Assembly: GCA_964568715.1 (NCBI GenBank)
Contig: CAZMQU010000004.1
Location: 11,089 to 75,088, forward strand
DNA length: 64,000 bases
Source of the DNA: an uncultured Halanaerobiales bacterium
Lineage (GTDB): Bacteria > Bacillota > Halanaerobiia > B1SED10-174
Direction of reading: 5' to 3'
Part shown: piece by piece, positions 44,895 to 55,892 of the stretch
Layout: each line of letters opens with the position of its first letter
Numbering within the stretch: the stretch's first letter is position 1
Notes under the pieces: model-generated
Told to the model about the DNA's origin: nothing
Databases searched by the model: none
The model's input: the letters and a program-made list of their open reading frames with translations, nothing else
Position numbers and translations under genes: made by a program

Positions 44895-47569
44895 TGATAA
44901 AGGTTGTTATTGACGGTCAGCCTCTGGAGGTAGAAAAAGGTACTACAATTCTTGAAGCCTGCCAAAAGCTGGGTATTGAAATCCCAACCCTTTGCCACTA
45001 CAACCACCTTGCTCCGGAGGGGTCTTGCCGGATTTGCGTTGTAGAAGTTAAAGGAACAAAAGATTTGCAGGTTTCTTGTGCCACTCCTTGTGCAGAGGGC
45101 ATGGAAGTGACTACTATGAACGAAAGAATTTACACTTTTAGGAAAATGATCATTGAGTTGCTTTTGGCCAACCATGATACAGATTGTTTTTCCTGCCCTG
45201 CCGTAGGTGAGTGTGAATTATATCGGTATGCCGTAGAGTATGGTGTTGAGGAAACAAGGTTTCCCAGGACAAAAGAAATTGAACCCAAAGACCTTTCCAA
45301 CGAATTTTTTGAATATGATCCTTCCAAATGTATTTTGTGTCGTAGGTGCGTACGTGTATGCAATGAATTACAAAGCAACCGTACCCTCAGCCTAAAGAAC
45401 AGGGGCGTAGACACAGCTGTTAGTATACCATTTGATGAGCTTTTTGTTGACAGTAATTGCGTATCTTGTGGAAACTGCGTTTCAGTTTGTCCTACAGGTG
45501 CACTTACAACTAAAGCCAGTAAAAAATATCGCTCTTGGGAGGTAACCAAGACCAGAACGACTTGTCCATACTGTGGTGTTGGCTGCCAATTGGACTTGCT
45601 TGTAAAAGACGACAAGGTTGTTGGTGTTGAACCGGCTGACGGACCGGCAAACCATGGTCTTCTTTGCGTCAAGGGAAAATTTGCTTATGATTTTATAAAT
45701 CATCCTGATCGCCTGACGACTCCTTTGATAAGGAAGGACGGAGTTTTGACCCCGGCAAGCTGGGATGAGGCACTCGATTATGCAGTGAAAGGGATTAAAA
45801 AGGTAAGGGAGGAGAGCGGTCCCGATGCAATCGCCGGTTTTTCTTCCTCCCGGGCAACCAACGAGGATAATTATACTTTTATGAAGATGATGAGGGCGGC
45901 AATCGGTACCAACAATGTCGATAACTGTGCCCGTGTCTGACACGCTCCTACAGTGGCTGGTCTAGCCACAACATTAGGTAGCGGAGCAATGACAAACTCC
46001 ATTTCCGAGTTGGTCGATGCTGAAGTAATCTTTATTATCGGTTCCAATCCCACCGAGGCACATCCGGTTATCGGTGCTCAGATTAGACAGGCCCGCAATC
46101 GTGGTGCCAAGCTGATTGTAATCGATCCAAGGGTAATTGACTTAGCTGAAGAGGCAGAAATCCATCTGCGTATTAAACCGGGAACCAACGTTGCCTTCTT
46201 AAACGGCCTCATGAATGTTATCATTGAAAAAGGCCTTTTAGATAAAGAATACGTTGAAAACAAAACCGAGGGATTTGAAGAGTTAAAAGAAACAGTAAAA
46301 GATTATACCCCCGAAAGCGTGGCGGAAATATGTGGGATAAATCCTGATGACCTGGAAAGGGTTGCCAGATTGTATGCGCCGGCTGAAAGGGCGCCCATTG
46401 TATACTGCCTGGGTGTGACCGAGCATTCAACAGGAACTACCGGTGTTATGTCGGTAGCCAACTTGGCCCTTCTTTGCGGTAAAGTTGGTAAGTATGCTTG
46501 TGGAGTTAATCCCTTGCGGGGACAAAATAATGTGCAAGGTGCTTGTGACATGGGATGTATGCCTTCCGATTATTCCGGTTACCAGAAGGTTGCCAACCCC
46601 GAAGCCAGGGCCAAGTTTGAAAAACTATGGGGAACGAAATTGCCCTCCAATCCCGGCTTAACAAGTACCGATGCTATGAATGCAGCAGCTAAGGGCGATG
46701 TACGTTGCTTGTATATATTTGGAGAAAACCCCATGGTCAGTGATCCCAACCTTAGCAATGTCCAAAAAGCTTTAACCAAGGCTGACTTTGTGATAGTACA
46801 AGATATTTTCTTGACGGAAACAGCAGAATTTGCCGATGTAGTCTTGCCTGCAACAAGCTATGCCGAAAAAGAGGGAACTTTCACAAACAGTGAGAGAAGG
46901 CTCCAGAGGGTTCGGCCTGCTGTTAGCCCAAGGGGTGAGAGTCGTGACGATTGGGCGATTTTCTCCGAAATAATGCATCGTCTTGGTTATGACAACAAAT
47001 TCACCTCTGCCAAAGAAGTATTGGATGAAATTGCTGAGGTAACACCTTCTTATGGTGGCTATAGTTTCGAGCGATTGGAACGGGAGCAGCCCCAATGGCC
47101 TTGCCCAACTCCGGACCATCCCGGAACACCTATTCTTCATGTTGGTAAGTTTGCCAGAGGTGAGCGGGCAATTTTCAAACCGTCTCCCTATGTGCCTTCT
47201 GCGGAACTACCTGATGAAGAGTATCCATTGATATTTTCCACCGGAAGGCTCTTGTATCAATACCATACCACTACCATGACGGGTAGAAGTGAAGGTATTG
47301 CCAATTTGGCCGGCAAACCTTTCGTCGAAATCAACCCGGCCGATGCATCTAAACAGGATATTGTTGATGGTGGAAGGGTAAAGATTGCCTCCCGCCGTGG
47401 AGAAATAGAAGTTGATGCCCGTGTTACGGAGCGGGTTCCTGAAGGCGTTCTTTATATGCCTTTCCACTGGGCAGAAGGGGCGGCCAACTGGTTGACCAGT
47501 GAAGCCTTGTGTCCCATTGCCAAAACACCCGAGTATAAAGTTTGTGCTGCCAAAGTACAAAGGGCTTAA
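44894..47569 (+). CDS. fdhA: Formate dehydrogenase catalytic subunit with an N-terminal NuoG-like 2Fe-2S/4Fe-4S extension. It is a selenoprotein, with in-frame UGA-Sec at 45938-45940.
   Basis: ORFs 44894..45940 and 45953..47569 share a frame and are separated only by TGA. The joined sequence reads NCARV-U-HAPTVAGL. The E. coli FdhH Sec motif is CARVUHGPSV. The N-terminus has the 2Fe-2S motif CHYNHLAPEGSCRIC and two CxxCxxCxxxCP ferredoxin motifs. A long molybdopterin-oxidoreductase body follows. Confidence 0.9.
45953..45969 (+). promoter_or_regulatory. Candidate SECIS hairpin 13 nt downstream of the fdhA UGA (GUGGCU-GGUCU-AGCCAC)
   Basis: A 6-bp stem with a GGU-containing apical loop, positioned as bacterial SECIS elements are. 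The full element is probably longer. Confidence 0.45.
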
Positions 47570-47579
47570 AAAAGAAAAT

Positions 47580-48192
47580 GGCTTGCGATGATATCCGGGA
47601 TTTTAATAGCGCAGTTATCCTCGCCGGTGGTCGCTCCACTCGGATGGGTTTCGATAAGCAACTTCTGTCGATTGATGGGAAAAGGATAGTACAGAAGCAC
47701 ATTGACCTTTTAAAAACCCGTTTTGGGGATATCATGGTGTCCAGCTATACTCCCGAATTATACGAAATGGAGCAGGTTAGGGTTATCTCGGATGTATATG
47801 AAGATGTGGGGCCATTGGGTGGTATCCATTCTGCTTTGGTTAATGCCCAAAGCAATGCCGTTTTCCTGATTGCTTGCGATATGCCACTCTTAAGCCTTGA
47901 CTACATTGATTATATGGTTTCTCGCATGAAGGGGCAGAAAGTAGATGCCTGTGTAACAAGATACAGGCATCACCTGGAGTTTTTCCATGCATTTTTTTGC
48001 AAGTCGGCCCTACCCCTTTTGGAAGAACAACTCGATGCAGGGCAATATTCAGTGAAAAACCTGGTAAAAAAACTTAATGCCCTCATTATTGCGGAAAAGG
48101 ATGCGCAGCCTTATACGAAGGATTGGTCAATATTTACGAGTTTGAATACTCTGAATGAATACAATGCCTATATAAACAAAACAATTAGCTAG
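47580..48192 (+). CDS. mobA: Molybdenum cofactor guanylyltransferase MobA
   Basis: AVILAGGRSTRMGFDKQLL matches the MobA N-terminal GGxSxRMG motif. LIACDMPLL is also present. The start was set at the ATG at 47580. The ORF-track start at 47542 would overlap fdhA. Confidence 0.8.
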
Positions 48193-48260
48193 AAAAAGAC
48201 GATCGGTGCCTTTAACCGGGTTCCGGTCGTCTCCTTTTAAATGCTAGGAGAGGGTGGAAG

Positions 48261-49004
48261 GTGGAGGTTTTTAAGGGAATCGAAATTACAAAAATTGAAG
48301 GCTGTCAAAGTGAAACTGTTATTGATAATGTTGTTGTGGAGTTCAATTTGGAAATTTATTTGAACTGTTCTTTTCTTGTTCGACTTGTTTGTACGCCCCG
48401 TGATCTGGAAGCATTGGTTTACGGCCATCTTTTTGCCCGAGGGATTATCAAGACTCTCGATGACATAGAATCTCTCTCCATTGCAGATGCTAAGGCGCAG
48501 GTTTTCTTGAAGCAAGAAACTTTTCCAAAGGAAAACAGCCCTAAAATAGATTTTAGCGATCCTTTATCGGAAAGGGCGGCCGCTGATTCGAAGGATGTAT
48601 TCCTAAGTCCAGAGGAACTATTTGCTGCCTTGGCATCTTTGGATGCCAATTCGCCTCTTTTTACCGCTACAGGGGGTGTCCACGGTTGTCTTTTGGCCAA
48701 CATCGATGGAAAGCAACTCTTTACCGAAGATTTGGGGCGGCATAATGCGATTGATAAGGTTTTGGGACGAGCATTAATGGCTGGCTGGGATCTGACGGGG
48801 GCTTATTTGGTAACGGGGGCCAGGATTGCTGAGAGCTTGTTGGGCAAAGCCCTCAACAGTGGCCTACCGCTTATAGTATCCCGCTCGGCGCCGACCGTAG
48901 AAGCAGTGAAGATGGCCCGAAAATACAATCTGACATTATGCGGTTTTGCGCGGGGTCGCCGCATGAACATATACAGTGGGTTGCAACGAATAAAAAATAT
49001 TTAA
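48261..49004 (+). CDS. fdhD: Formate dehydrogenase accessory sulfurtransferase FdhD
   Basis: The conserved FdhD C-terminal region is TATGGVHGCLLA...LGRHNAIDKVLG...LVTGARIAESLLGKALNSGLPLIVSRSAPT. Confidence 0.85.
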   Translation: MEVFKGIEITKIEGCQSETVIDNVVVEFNLEIYLNCSFLVRLVCTPRDLEALVYGHLFARGIIKTLDDIESLSIADAKAQVFLKQETFPKENSPKIDFSDPLSERAAADSKDVFLSPEELFAALASLDANSPLFTATGGVHGCLLANIDGKQLFTEDLGRHNAIDKVLGRALMAGWDLTGAYLVTGARIAESLLGKALNSGLPLIVSRSAPTVEAVKMARKYNLTLCGFARGRRMNIYSGLQRIKNI

Positions 49005-49075
49005 AGGAAAGACCGACGATAAAGAGGAATTGTTTAATTTAGTTGAACATAGAAAAATCGATGTACTTGCTCAAA

Positions 49076-49116
49076 TAAGCCCCCGATTAAGTTTAGGGGC
49101 TTTTGTCTCCTTTTTT
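49076..49116 (+). terminator. Rho-independent terminator after fdhD
   Basis: AAGCCCC-(loop)-GGGGCTT followed by TTGTCTCCTTTTTT. Confidence 0.6.
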
Positions 49117-49125
49117 GATTAGGAG

Positions 49126-50322
49126 GTGCCGGCAATAGCCAAAAAAATTCTTTTGATATTTAGGTTTTCTATAATTCTTTTGTTGGTTTTGGGGCTGTCT
49201 TTCTATGAAACCAACGACATCAGCTTCATAAAGGTTATGTTTGTTTTAGCTTATATAATTAATTCTCAGTTAAGATACCACCATTTTTTAGATAAAGAGC
49301 GATATTTAGTTGTGGCTTTGCTGATTGATTATATTATTGCCTTTGGCCTTGTATTGGACTGTTCACAACTATTATTACCCGTATTGGGCCTCCTAATTGC
49401 AGATTCCTTATTTTATCTTACTTCTCCGGCTAGGTATATCCTTTTGACCCTGGGATTACTGGAATTCATTTATTTGGGCTTCAGACTTCCTTGGAAGCAG
49501 CAATTTACCAATTTTAGTGCATTAATTCCTTTCATTTTAATAACCCTTTATTCCATGTACTTAAAGGAGCAGGAAAGCAAAGCAGAGAATCTTTATCGTG
49601 AGCTGAGGATTTCGGAGGATAAGTTGCTTAAAACCAACCGTGAATTGGAATTGTATGTTGATTCAATCAAAGAATTGACCCTATTGCAAGAAAGAAATCG
49701 AATTTCCCGGGAAATACATGATAGTGTCGGCCACAGCCTTTCAACGGTAATAGTCCAATTGGGTGCCATAGAGAAGGTAGCAAGAGAAGACGGACTTTTG
49801 GCAGCCAAGATGGCCGCTGAATTGCGTTTTTTTGCCAAGGGAGGTTTGGATGAAATCCGCCGGGCTTTACGAGAATTGAAGCCCAAAGAATTTGAAGATT
49901 ACAAAACCATTTTAGTTATTGAATCCCTTACGAAAAATTTTAGCAAGCTGACGGGTATCGATGTTGTATTTCGGTTTTCCAAGGCAAACTGGCTAGGCAG
50001 TGAGGCTATTTCCCTGGTAATTTATCGGGCTGTCCAAGAATTTTTATCCAACTCCCTTCGCCATGGAGAAGCATCGAAGATTGATATATTTTTCTTTTTT
50101 GATAAAAAATCAATTATTTTGACTATGCAGGATAATGGTAGGGGAACCGGTGAGATTGTTTTAGGCATGGGTTTATCCGGCTTGCGAGAAAGGGTAAAAG
50201 AGCTGGGTGGTAAGGTTACTTTTGCCTCCAGCCCCGCCAAGGGTTTTTCCCTGCGTATGTCCTTTGATTTGCCGGGAAAGGCAGCTGTTGATTTGCCCGA
50301 GGCTTCATTTGATTCGGAATGA
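49126..50322 (+). CDS. Sensor histidine kinase, HisKA_3 (NarX/LiaS/DesK) type
   Basis: A polytopic N-terminal TM region. The DHp motif is ERNRISREIHDSVGHSL. HATPase_c motifs are present (MQDNGRGTG, GMGLSGLRERVKELGG). Confidence 0.85.
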   Translation: MPAIAKKILLIFRFSIILLLVLGLSFYETNDISFIKVMFVLAYIINSQLRYHHFLDKERYLVVALLIDYIIAFGLVLDCSQLLLPVLGLLIADSLFYLTSPARYILLTLGLLEFIYLGFRLPWKQQFTNFSALIPFILITLYSMYLKEQESKAENLYRELRISEDKLLKTNRELELYVDSIKELTLLQERNRISREIHDSVGHSLSTVIVQLGAIEKVAREDGLLAAKMAAELRFFAKGGLDEIRRALRELKPKEFEDYKTILVIESLTKNFSKLTGIDVVFRFSKANWLGSEAISLVIYRAVQEFLSNSLRHGEASKIDIFFFFDKKSIILTMQDNGRGTGEIVLGMGLSGLRERVKELGGKVTFASSPAKGFSLRMSFDLPGKAAVDLPEASFDSE

Positions 50323-50344
50323 TGGATAAGGGAGGATAAGGGGT

Positions 50345-50992
50345 TTGAAGAAGATGAATATTGCCGTAATTGATGATGAGATGTTGATAAGGGAAGGTCT
50401 TAAAATTATTCTATCTTCTTTCAGTGATATCGATGTTGTGGCAGTCGGAACCGACGGATTTGAAGCAGTGGAGATTTGTCGGGAGCATGAGGTCGATTTG
50501 GTTTTGATGGATGTCAGGATGCCCTGCTGTGACGGTGTTGCGGGAACCAAATTGATAAAAGACAGTTTCCCCGCTGTAAAGGTCTTGATTTTGACGACCT
50601 TTAAGGATATTGAGTATATTCAACAAGCGTTGGAAAACGGTGCCTCAGGCTATTTATTAAAAGACAGTCCAGACGATTTGCTGTACGAAGCCATCAAGGC
50701 CGCTTATTCCGGCAATATCGTTATTCACCCTGATATTGTCGGTAGCATTCTCCACCCGGCTAAGGAGGCCGGTGGGCTTGATGTGCGCCAACGATATGAT
50801 TTGACTGAAAGGGAATGCCGGATAATTGAATTGATTGCGCAAGGGTTTTCCAATCGGGAAATAGGCGGAATTCTGCATTTGTCGGAAGGAACGATTAAAA
50901 ACTACCTTAGCACGGTTTTTGCTAAGTTGAATTTGCGGGATCGAACCCAACTTGTGGCCTTTGCCTACAAGAACAATCTTGTAAAACAGTGA
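50345..50992 (+). CDS. NarL/FixJ-family response regulator (REC + LuxR HTH)
   Basis: The REC motifs are MNIAVIDDEMLIREGL...DLVLMDVRMP. The LuxR HTH is LTERECRIIELIAQGFSNREIGGILHLSEGTIKNYLSTVFAKL. Confidence 0.9.
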   Translation: MKKMNIAVIDDEMLIREGLKIILSSFSDIDVVAVGTDGFEAVEICREHEVDLVLMDVRMPCCDGVAGTKLIKDSFPAVKVLILTTFKDIEYIQQALENGASGYLLKDSPDDLLYEAIKAAYSGNIVIHPDIVGSILHPAKEAGGLDVRQRYDLTERECRIIELIAQGFSNREIGGILHLSEGTIKNYLSTVFAKLNLRDRTQLVAFAYKNNLVKQ

Positions 50993-51011
50993 CCTTGGTC
51001 ACTGTTTTTTG
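50985..51011 (+). terminator. Rho-independent terminator overlapping the stop of the response regulator gene
   Basis: AACAGTGACC-TTG-GTCACTGTT followed by TTTTTTG. Confidence 0.6.
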
Positions 51012-51102
51012 TTACTTAAGGCAATTGTTTGACTGCGACCTGAGGTTTACACTTAAGTCAGCAAGCATATTTTCTTAAAATAATTTAAGGGAGGAAGGGT
51101 CG

Positions 51103-52272
51103 ATGGGGAAAAAAATATTTAAACCTACCCCGGCCAGAGGTATTATATACTTTATTATAGTCATGATTCTTTTGGTAGTTGTTGCCTTCCCGGTCCAGTC
51201 AAGATGGGGAATGAAGGGCCTATTGATAACGGAACTGCTTATTTTCTTCTTGGCCTTGGTTCCTATCTTTGGCTCCGGCCGGGATCGCAAAGAGGTTTTT
51301 AAGATAAAGATGCCGGCAGAAGGGCAGTTGGGCGGTATTTTGCTGTTGTGGGTCGGTATTTACTTAATAGTTTTGGTGATCGGCAGAGTGCTTTCCTATT
51401 TTTTCCCGGCCGAAATGCAAGAGGTGAATCAGGGTATCACAGAAATGTTTTTGAGCGTGCCTCTGGCATTGAGTTTATTGATAGCGGCGGTAATGCCGGC
51501 CATTTGTGAAGAGGCTTTGTTTCGGGGTTTGCTGCTTTACACTTTTAAAAAGAAAAATAAATGGTTTACTATTATTACCTCGGCAATATTGTTTGGAATT
51601 TTTCATGCCAGTGTATACCGATTTTTGCCCACTGCAATTTTAGGTGGAGCCATGGCTTTTATTATGCTGGAAACGGGAAATTTAATCTTACCGGTCATCT
51701 TTCATTTTATCAATAATGCAGTGGGTATAATTTTTATTTTTGCCGGCGGACCCAATACTATCATAGACGGGATACCACTCAACAGCGTTGGATATAGCTT
51801 TTTTGCTGCTGTTTTTGCTCCCTGGTTAATCTTGGCTGGGAGCCGGTTGCTTTGGAGCAAGAAAAAAAGAGAAAGAAAGGAAACCGATAAAAAAATGGTA
51901 ATTTGGCTTGCATTGTTTAGCATAGCCTTTTTAATCGGTGGTTTTTGCCTTACTGATACTGTTCCGGCAAAAAAAATTTTCGCAACCAATTTTTCCTTGC
52001 AATTGAATGCTGATTGGGGCGGAATGCAGCAGAGAATGGTTGTTGAAGAAAGTGCTCAATATGAAATGAAATTAAACTTTAAAGGGTCTGATTTTTGTAC
52101 GAAGGTTTCAATTGTAAACGAATTGGGCAGGCCGGTCTTCTCTGTTGAAGAAGAATCGCTTAATTGGCAGGGATTGCTTGATTTGGCAGCGGGGGAATAT
52201 ACGATTTTCATCACTCATGATTATGAAGGGCACAAATATTTACCTTTTAAATTGTCGATGAATATTCAATGA
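51103..52272 (+). CDS. CPBP-family (CAAX protease / Abi) intramembrane metalloprotease with an extra C-terminal domain
   Basis: CPBP motifs: EE in ICEEALFRGLLL, FxxxH in LFGIFHAS, and a second His in VIFHFINNAVG. It has about 8 TM segments plus a soluble tail of about 110 aa. Confidence 0.75.
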   Translation: MGKKIFKPTPARGIIYFIIVMILLVVVAFPVQSRWGMKGLLITELLIFFLALVPIFGSGRDRKEVFKIKMPAEGQLGGILLLWVGIYLIVLVIGRVLSYFFPAEMQEVNQGITEMFLSVPLALSLLIAAVMPAICEEALFRGLLLYTFKKKNKWFTIITSAILFGIFHASVYRFLPTAILGGAMAFIMLETGNLILPVIFHFINNAVGIIFIFAGGPNTIIDGIPLNSVGYSFFAAVFAPWLILAGSRLLWSKKKRERKETDKKMVIWLALFSIAFLIGGFCLTDTVPAKKIFATNFSLQLNADWGGMQQRMVVEESAQYEMKLNFKGSDFCTKVSIVNELGRPVFSVEEESLNWQGLLDLAAGEYTIFITHDYEGHKYLPFKLSMNIQ

Positions 52273-52561
52273 TTCTTGCCGGGGATGTTTTAGCATGATT
52301 CAATGAATGATATTAAGGTTAGCATCTAGATTGGCAAAGAGGTGAGGAAGTTATGAAAGGTATATTTTCGATGGTTGAGCCACGCTTGCTTGGTTAGGGA
52401 GGAATTATTTTAACATCGATATCTTTACTGTTGGAACGAATAGGAAAGGACAGTCGGTTGGTTATGTTTGTCCAAGGGCTAAGCATCGGTTTGGCTATGG
52501 TTCTTTTAGTATACGGATTTATTCAGCAGAGAAAAAACATAAGTAAAAGGGAGTTGCTTTT

Positions 52562-53503
52562 ATGAACAATTACATTGATGTGAGAAATGTTACCAAGAAA
52601 TTCAACGGGAAAATTGTATTGGATAATGTTACCTTTGCGGTCAGTAAAGGGGAAATATTTGGATTAATCGGGCCCAACGGTGCCGGGAAAACCACTTTGA
52701 TTAAGATTATTACCGGTCTTTTGGCTGCTGACAATGGGCAAATCAGTGTAGCCGGGCATCCGGTCAAAGGAGAAGCCCTTGCAGCCAAACGAAAGATGGG
52801 CCTGGTACCCCAAGAGTTGGCTCTGATTGAAGCTATATCAGCCTACGATAACCTTGAATTTTTTGGCAGCCTTTATGGACTGAAGGGAAAAATTTTGCGT
52901 GATAGAATTGTTCGAGCTATGGAATTTGTTGGTTTGGGGGAGAAAAGGCGGATGAAGGTCAAGAAATTTTCCGGTGGTATGAAAAGAAGACTGAATTTGG
53001 CTGCAGCCATTATGCATGAGCCGGAAATATTAATTCTTGATGAGCCCACGGTAGGAATTGATCCCCAATCCCGCAACCATATTTTTAACTTTATCAAAGA
53101 GGTCAATCGGGAAAAAGAAACAACGGTACTTTATACTTCCCACTATATGGAGGAAGTGGAATACCTTTGCAATACCATTTTTATTATCGATGAAGGCAAG
53201 GAAATTGCTTATGGATCCCAACAATCTGTTAAGTCCTTAATCAGTAATAACAACCGGGTCAGTTTGGAGGTGGAAGGTCTAACTAAAGAGGGGTTGGCTG
53301 AAATCGAAGTTATGGATTCGGTAATTAATTTGGAGTCGGACCACAACAAGGTCAACCTTTTGGTGGATGCTGATAATTTTCGCTTGGAACCCTTACTCAA
53401 AGTATTGGAAAGCAATGAATTTATTATTAAAGCAATTAATGTTGAAGAGCCCAATTTGGAAGAAGTATTTTTAAGCCTAACGGGCAAAAGCCTGCGGAAT
53501 TAG
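52562..53503 (+). CDS. ABC transporter ATP-binding protein (ABC-2/LanF-like)
   Basis: Walker A motif GPNGAGKTT, signature FSGGMKRRLNLAAA, and Walker B motif LILDEP. Confidence 0.9.
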   Translation: MNNYIDVRNVTKKFNGKIVLDNVTFAVSKGEIFGLIGPNGAGKTTLIKIITGLLAADNGQISVAGHPVKGEALAAKRKMGLVPQELALIEAISAYDNLEFFGSLYGLKGKILRDRIVRAMEFVGLGEKRRMKVKKFSGGMKRRLNLAAAIMHEPEILILDEPTVGIDPQSRNHIFNFIKEVNREKETTVLYTSHYMEEVEYLCNTIFIIDEGKEIAYGSQQSVKSLISNNNRVSLEVEGLTKEGLAEIEVMDSVINLESDHNKVNLLVDADNFRLEPLLKVLESNEFIIKAINVEEPNLEEVFLSLTGKSLRN

Positions 53504-53512
53504 GAGGATAAA

Positions 53513-54688
53513 ATGAAATTAGCTGCATTTTTAAGATTATCGCTCAAAACGATATTTAAAACATTACCAGTTTTTGCTTTGTTTTTGGCCGGCTTTCCTT
53601 TGTTGTTGAGTCTGCTCATGGGCTTTGTCCAACAGGACATGTTTACAGCGGTTGTATCCGAGCCCCTTTTTGCCATTAACATTATAGACGAAGATAATTC
53701 CTTGCAATCCGGCGCTTTAAGTGAATATCTGAGTTTAGCGGAGTTTACAGAAATATTTACTACGGTTGATGACGGAGAAGAACATGAATATACCTTGAGG
53801 ATCCCGTCCGGCTACGGGGCAGGCCTTTTGGGTAAGGGTGAGGCAACGATCAAGGTGGAGATCAAGGAGAAAGCCAAGCTATCCTCAGCTATGATATTGG
53901 CCGGTATAGTCGATTCCTTTAATGAGGAGGTCAGCCAAGTATTAATTGTTAATAGGGCCATCGAAGCTATGGACCGGGAGGATTGGGAGCAGCAAATTTT
54001 GATTGGCGAATTTAACTCCCTATTAAACGACCTTGACGGCCAAACTCTTTTTGAAACAATCCCCCATACTATAAAGAATAATTTGGATTCTTATGAATAT
54101 TATTCTGTTTCATTCTTTGCTTTTGTCTTTTTCTTCCTCTTACAATCTCTTATTCAAGGTAAAGGGCCGGCGGAAGAAATCGGTTTGCGGGGCAGAGTGC
54201 TGGCTACACCCATGACCAGGGTGGACTATTTTAATTTCAATCTGGCCACCGGTATTCTGCAGGTTTTTGTTGCTTCCTTGCTATATGTAGGCGTCTACAG
54301 ATTATTGGGTCTGTCCTTTCAAGGCTCCCTGCCCCTTCTTTTGTTGATAGTGTTTATCCAAGCCTTGTTTATTGGAGTTTTAGGTTCTTTTATGGTCAAT
54401 GTTTTTACCAAAAGATATGGGACCATTTTGTTGCAACTATTTTTAATGTTTCAGGTACTCTTCGGTGGAATGGTGGGACCTCTTGATAAATGGTCCAATA
54501 GTGCCATGTTTCAATTTGCGGCAAAAATTAAACCTATATTACTATTTAGTAATACTTATAAAGACTATATTCTTTACAACAGCATGGAACTATTGGTCGG
54601 CAATTTATCGATACTGCTGGGTTTATTTATTGTTCTCTATCTGGTTAATATTGTCATCGTCAAATTGAGATGGGGTGAAAACAGATGA
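53513..54688 (+). CDS. ABC-2-type transporter permease
   Basis: 391 aa. It has one N-terminal TM, a large extracytoplasmic loop and about 5 C-terminal TM segments, which is typical ABC-2 topology. Confidence 0.7.
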   Translation: MKLAAFLRLSLKTIFKTLPVFALFLAGFPLLLSLLMGFVQQDMFTAVVSEPLFAINIIDEDNSLQSGALSEYLSLAEFTEIFTTVDDGEEHEYTLRIPSGYGAGLLGKGEATIKVEIKEKAKLSSAMILAGIVDSFNEEVSQVLIVNRAIEAMDREDWEQQILIGEFNSLLNDLDGQTLFETIPHTIKNNLDSYEYYSVSFFAFVFFFLLQSLIQGKGPAEEIGLRGRVLATPMTRVDYFNFNLATGILQVFVASLLYVGVYRLLGLSFQGSLPLLLLIVFIQALFIGVLGSFMVNVFTKRYGTILLQLFLMFQVLFGGMVGPLDKWSNSAMFQFAAKIKPILLFSNTYKDYILYNSMELLVGNLSILLGLFIVLYLVNIVIVKLRWGENR

Positions 54689-55782
54689 AATTTTTGCAAT
54701 TGGGTTTGGTCAATATAAAAAGATTCCTTAAAGATCCGTTGAAATTGCTGTCTTTTTTTCTCTTACCCGTTGGGGTTTTGATCTTTACTTTTGGTCTGGG
54801 GGAGGGACCAAAGGATATTATTGCCGATAGTAAAATCGCCTATAATTCGGAAGATAAAGGTGAGCTGTGGCAAGAATTTGATAGTACCACCGGTGGTTCA
54901 ACCTGGTTTTTTAAGCAAGAACTTGCTAAAGCTCTCGATTTGTTGGAAGAGGGTGAGGTTGCAGTGGTCTATAATATTCCTGTTGATTTCAGCGATAAAA
55001 TTATGGCTTATGAAAAACCCACGATACAAGCCTACAGAAGAGAAGAGGGTAATATAACTCTGCCTTTGGAAAACGGGATCAACCATAAAGTAAGAGATAT
55101 GATTAAAGAGCAATTTTTGCTCGATAAGGGGATAATTGATAAGATAGAAGACTTGGCGGTTTTGCAAGTTGATACAGTAATATCCAGGGAAGAAAAAATT
55201 GTTTCCGGTGATTTGCATCTGACAACTTTACTTTTAATAGTTTGCATTATAATGAGCTCATCGGCGATGGTTACGGAGCTGATGGAGTTTAAAAGTAAAG
55301 GTGTCTTTCTGAGAGCGGCTTCAACCCCCAACAAGAACTGGGTTATATTGGGAAGTTTTATGGTTGCCATGATGTCCCTTCAGATTGTAGCCAACTTATT
55401 TATTGTCCAGGTTGGTGCCAGGTTTTTTAAGTATAGTATCGTTAACTTGCCCTTGGTTTTTGTAAATTTTTTATTGGCCAGTTTTTTTGCTATTACCCTA
55501 TCTTTGGCCTTGACCAGAGTCTTTAAAAATTCGGGAATTTGTACCTTGGTCAGTAGCATATTTTCCATTTTAGGTTTTTTCCTGGCTATGTTTACCCAAA
55601 ATGAATTTTTGGTCAGTGTTCCCAGGGCAATTGTTAACCTTGGCAAATTTACACCTCACTATTGGCTCTTCGATAGCTTGGAAAGGTCGGTATTTTTCCC
55701 CAATACTTTGGTAGTCCTACTGATGGCCTTGGCCTTGTTTTCCGCCGGTTGCTATAAACTAAGGGAGTTTGCTGACAGTTGA
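54685..55782 (+). CDS. ABC-2-type transporter permease (second subunit)
   Basis: 365 aa with the same topology as the upstream permease. It is translationally coupled through an ATGA overlap. Confidence 0.7.
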   Translation: MKFLQLGLVNIKRFLKDPLKLLSFFLLPVGVLIFTFGLGEGPKDIIADSKIAYNSEDKGELWQEFDSTTGGSTWFFKQELAKALDLLEEGEVAVVYNIPVDFSDKIMAYEKPTIQAYRREEGNITLPLENGINHKVRDMIKEQFLLDKGIIDKIEDLAVLQVDTVISREEKIVSGDLHLTTLLLIVCIIMSSSAMVTELMEFKSKGVFLRAASTPNKNWVILGSFMVAMMSLQIVANLFIVQVGARFFKYSIVNLPLVFVNFLLASFFAITLSLALTRVFKNSGICTLVSSIFSILGFFLAMFTQNEFLVSVPRAIVNLGKFTPHYWLFDSLERSVFFPNTLVVLLMALALFSAGCYKLREFADS

Positions 55783-55867
55783 ATGATTTTAGCGGATTAT
55801 GGTCTCTTGGAGAGGCGTTTTAAAACCAGATTGGTCTGTTATTATTACCGGGAAAGACATTGCAAAT

Positions 55868-55892
55868 CGCCCCTGCGGGGGCGTTTTTTTTA
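55868..55892 (+). terminator. Rho-independent terminator (CGCCCC-TGC-GGGGGCG followed by T9)
   Basis: A GC-rich stem and a run of 9 T, 86 nt after the permease stop. Confidence 0.75.

Noticed and set aside
45130-45943. Long antisense ORFs inside fdhA (45130..45672 minus, 45482..45943 minus) and inside the ABC ATPase (60041..60655 minus)
   Set aside because: These are shadow ORFs on the opposite strand of well-supported genes. Their translations are low-complexity with no motifs or RBS.
44894-47569. ORF 44894..45940 and ORF 45953..47569 as two genes
   Set aside because: They share a frame and are separated by a single TGA in the canonical formate dehydrogenase Sec context (CARV-U-H). I annotated them as one Sec-containing fdhA.
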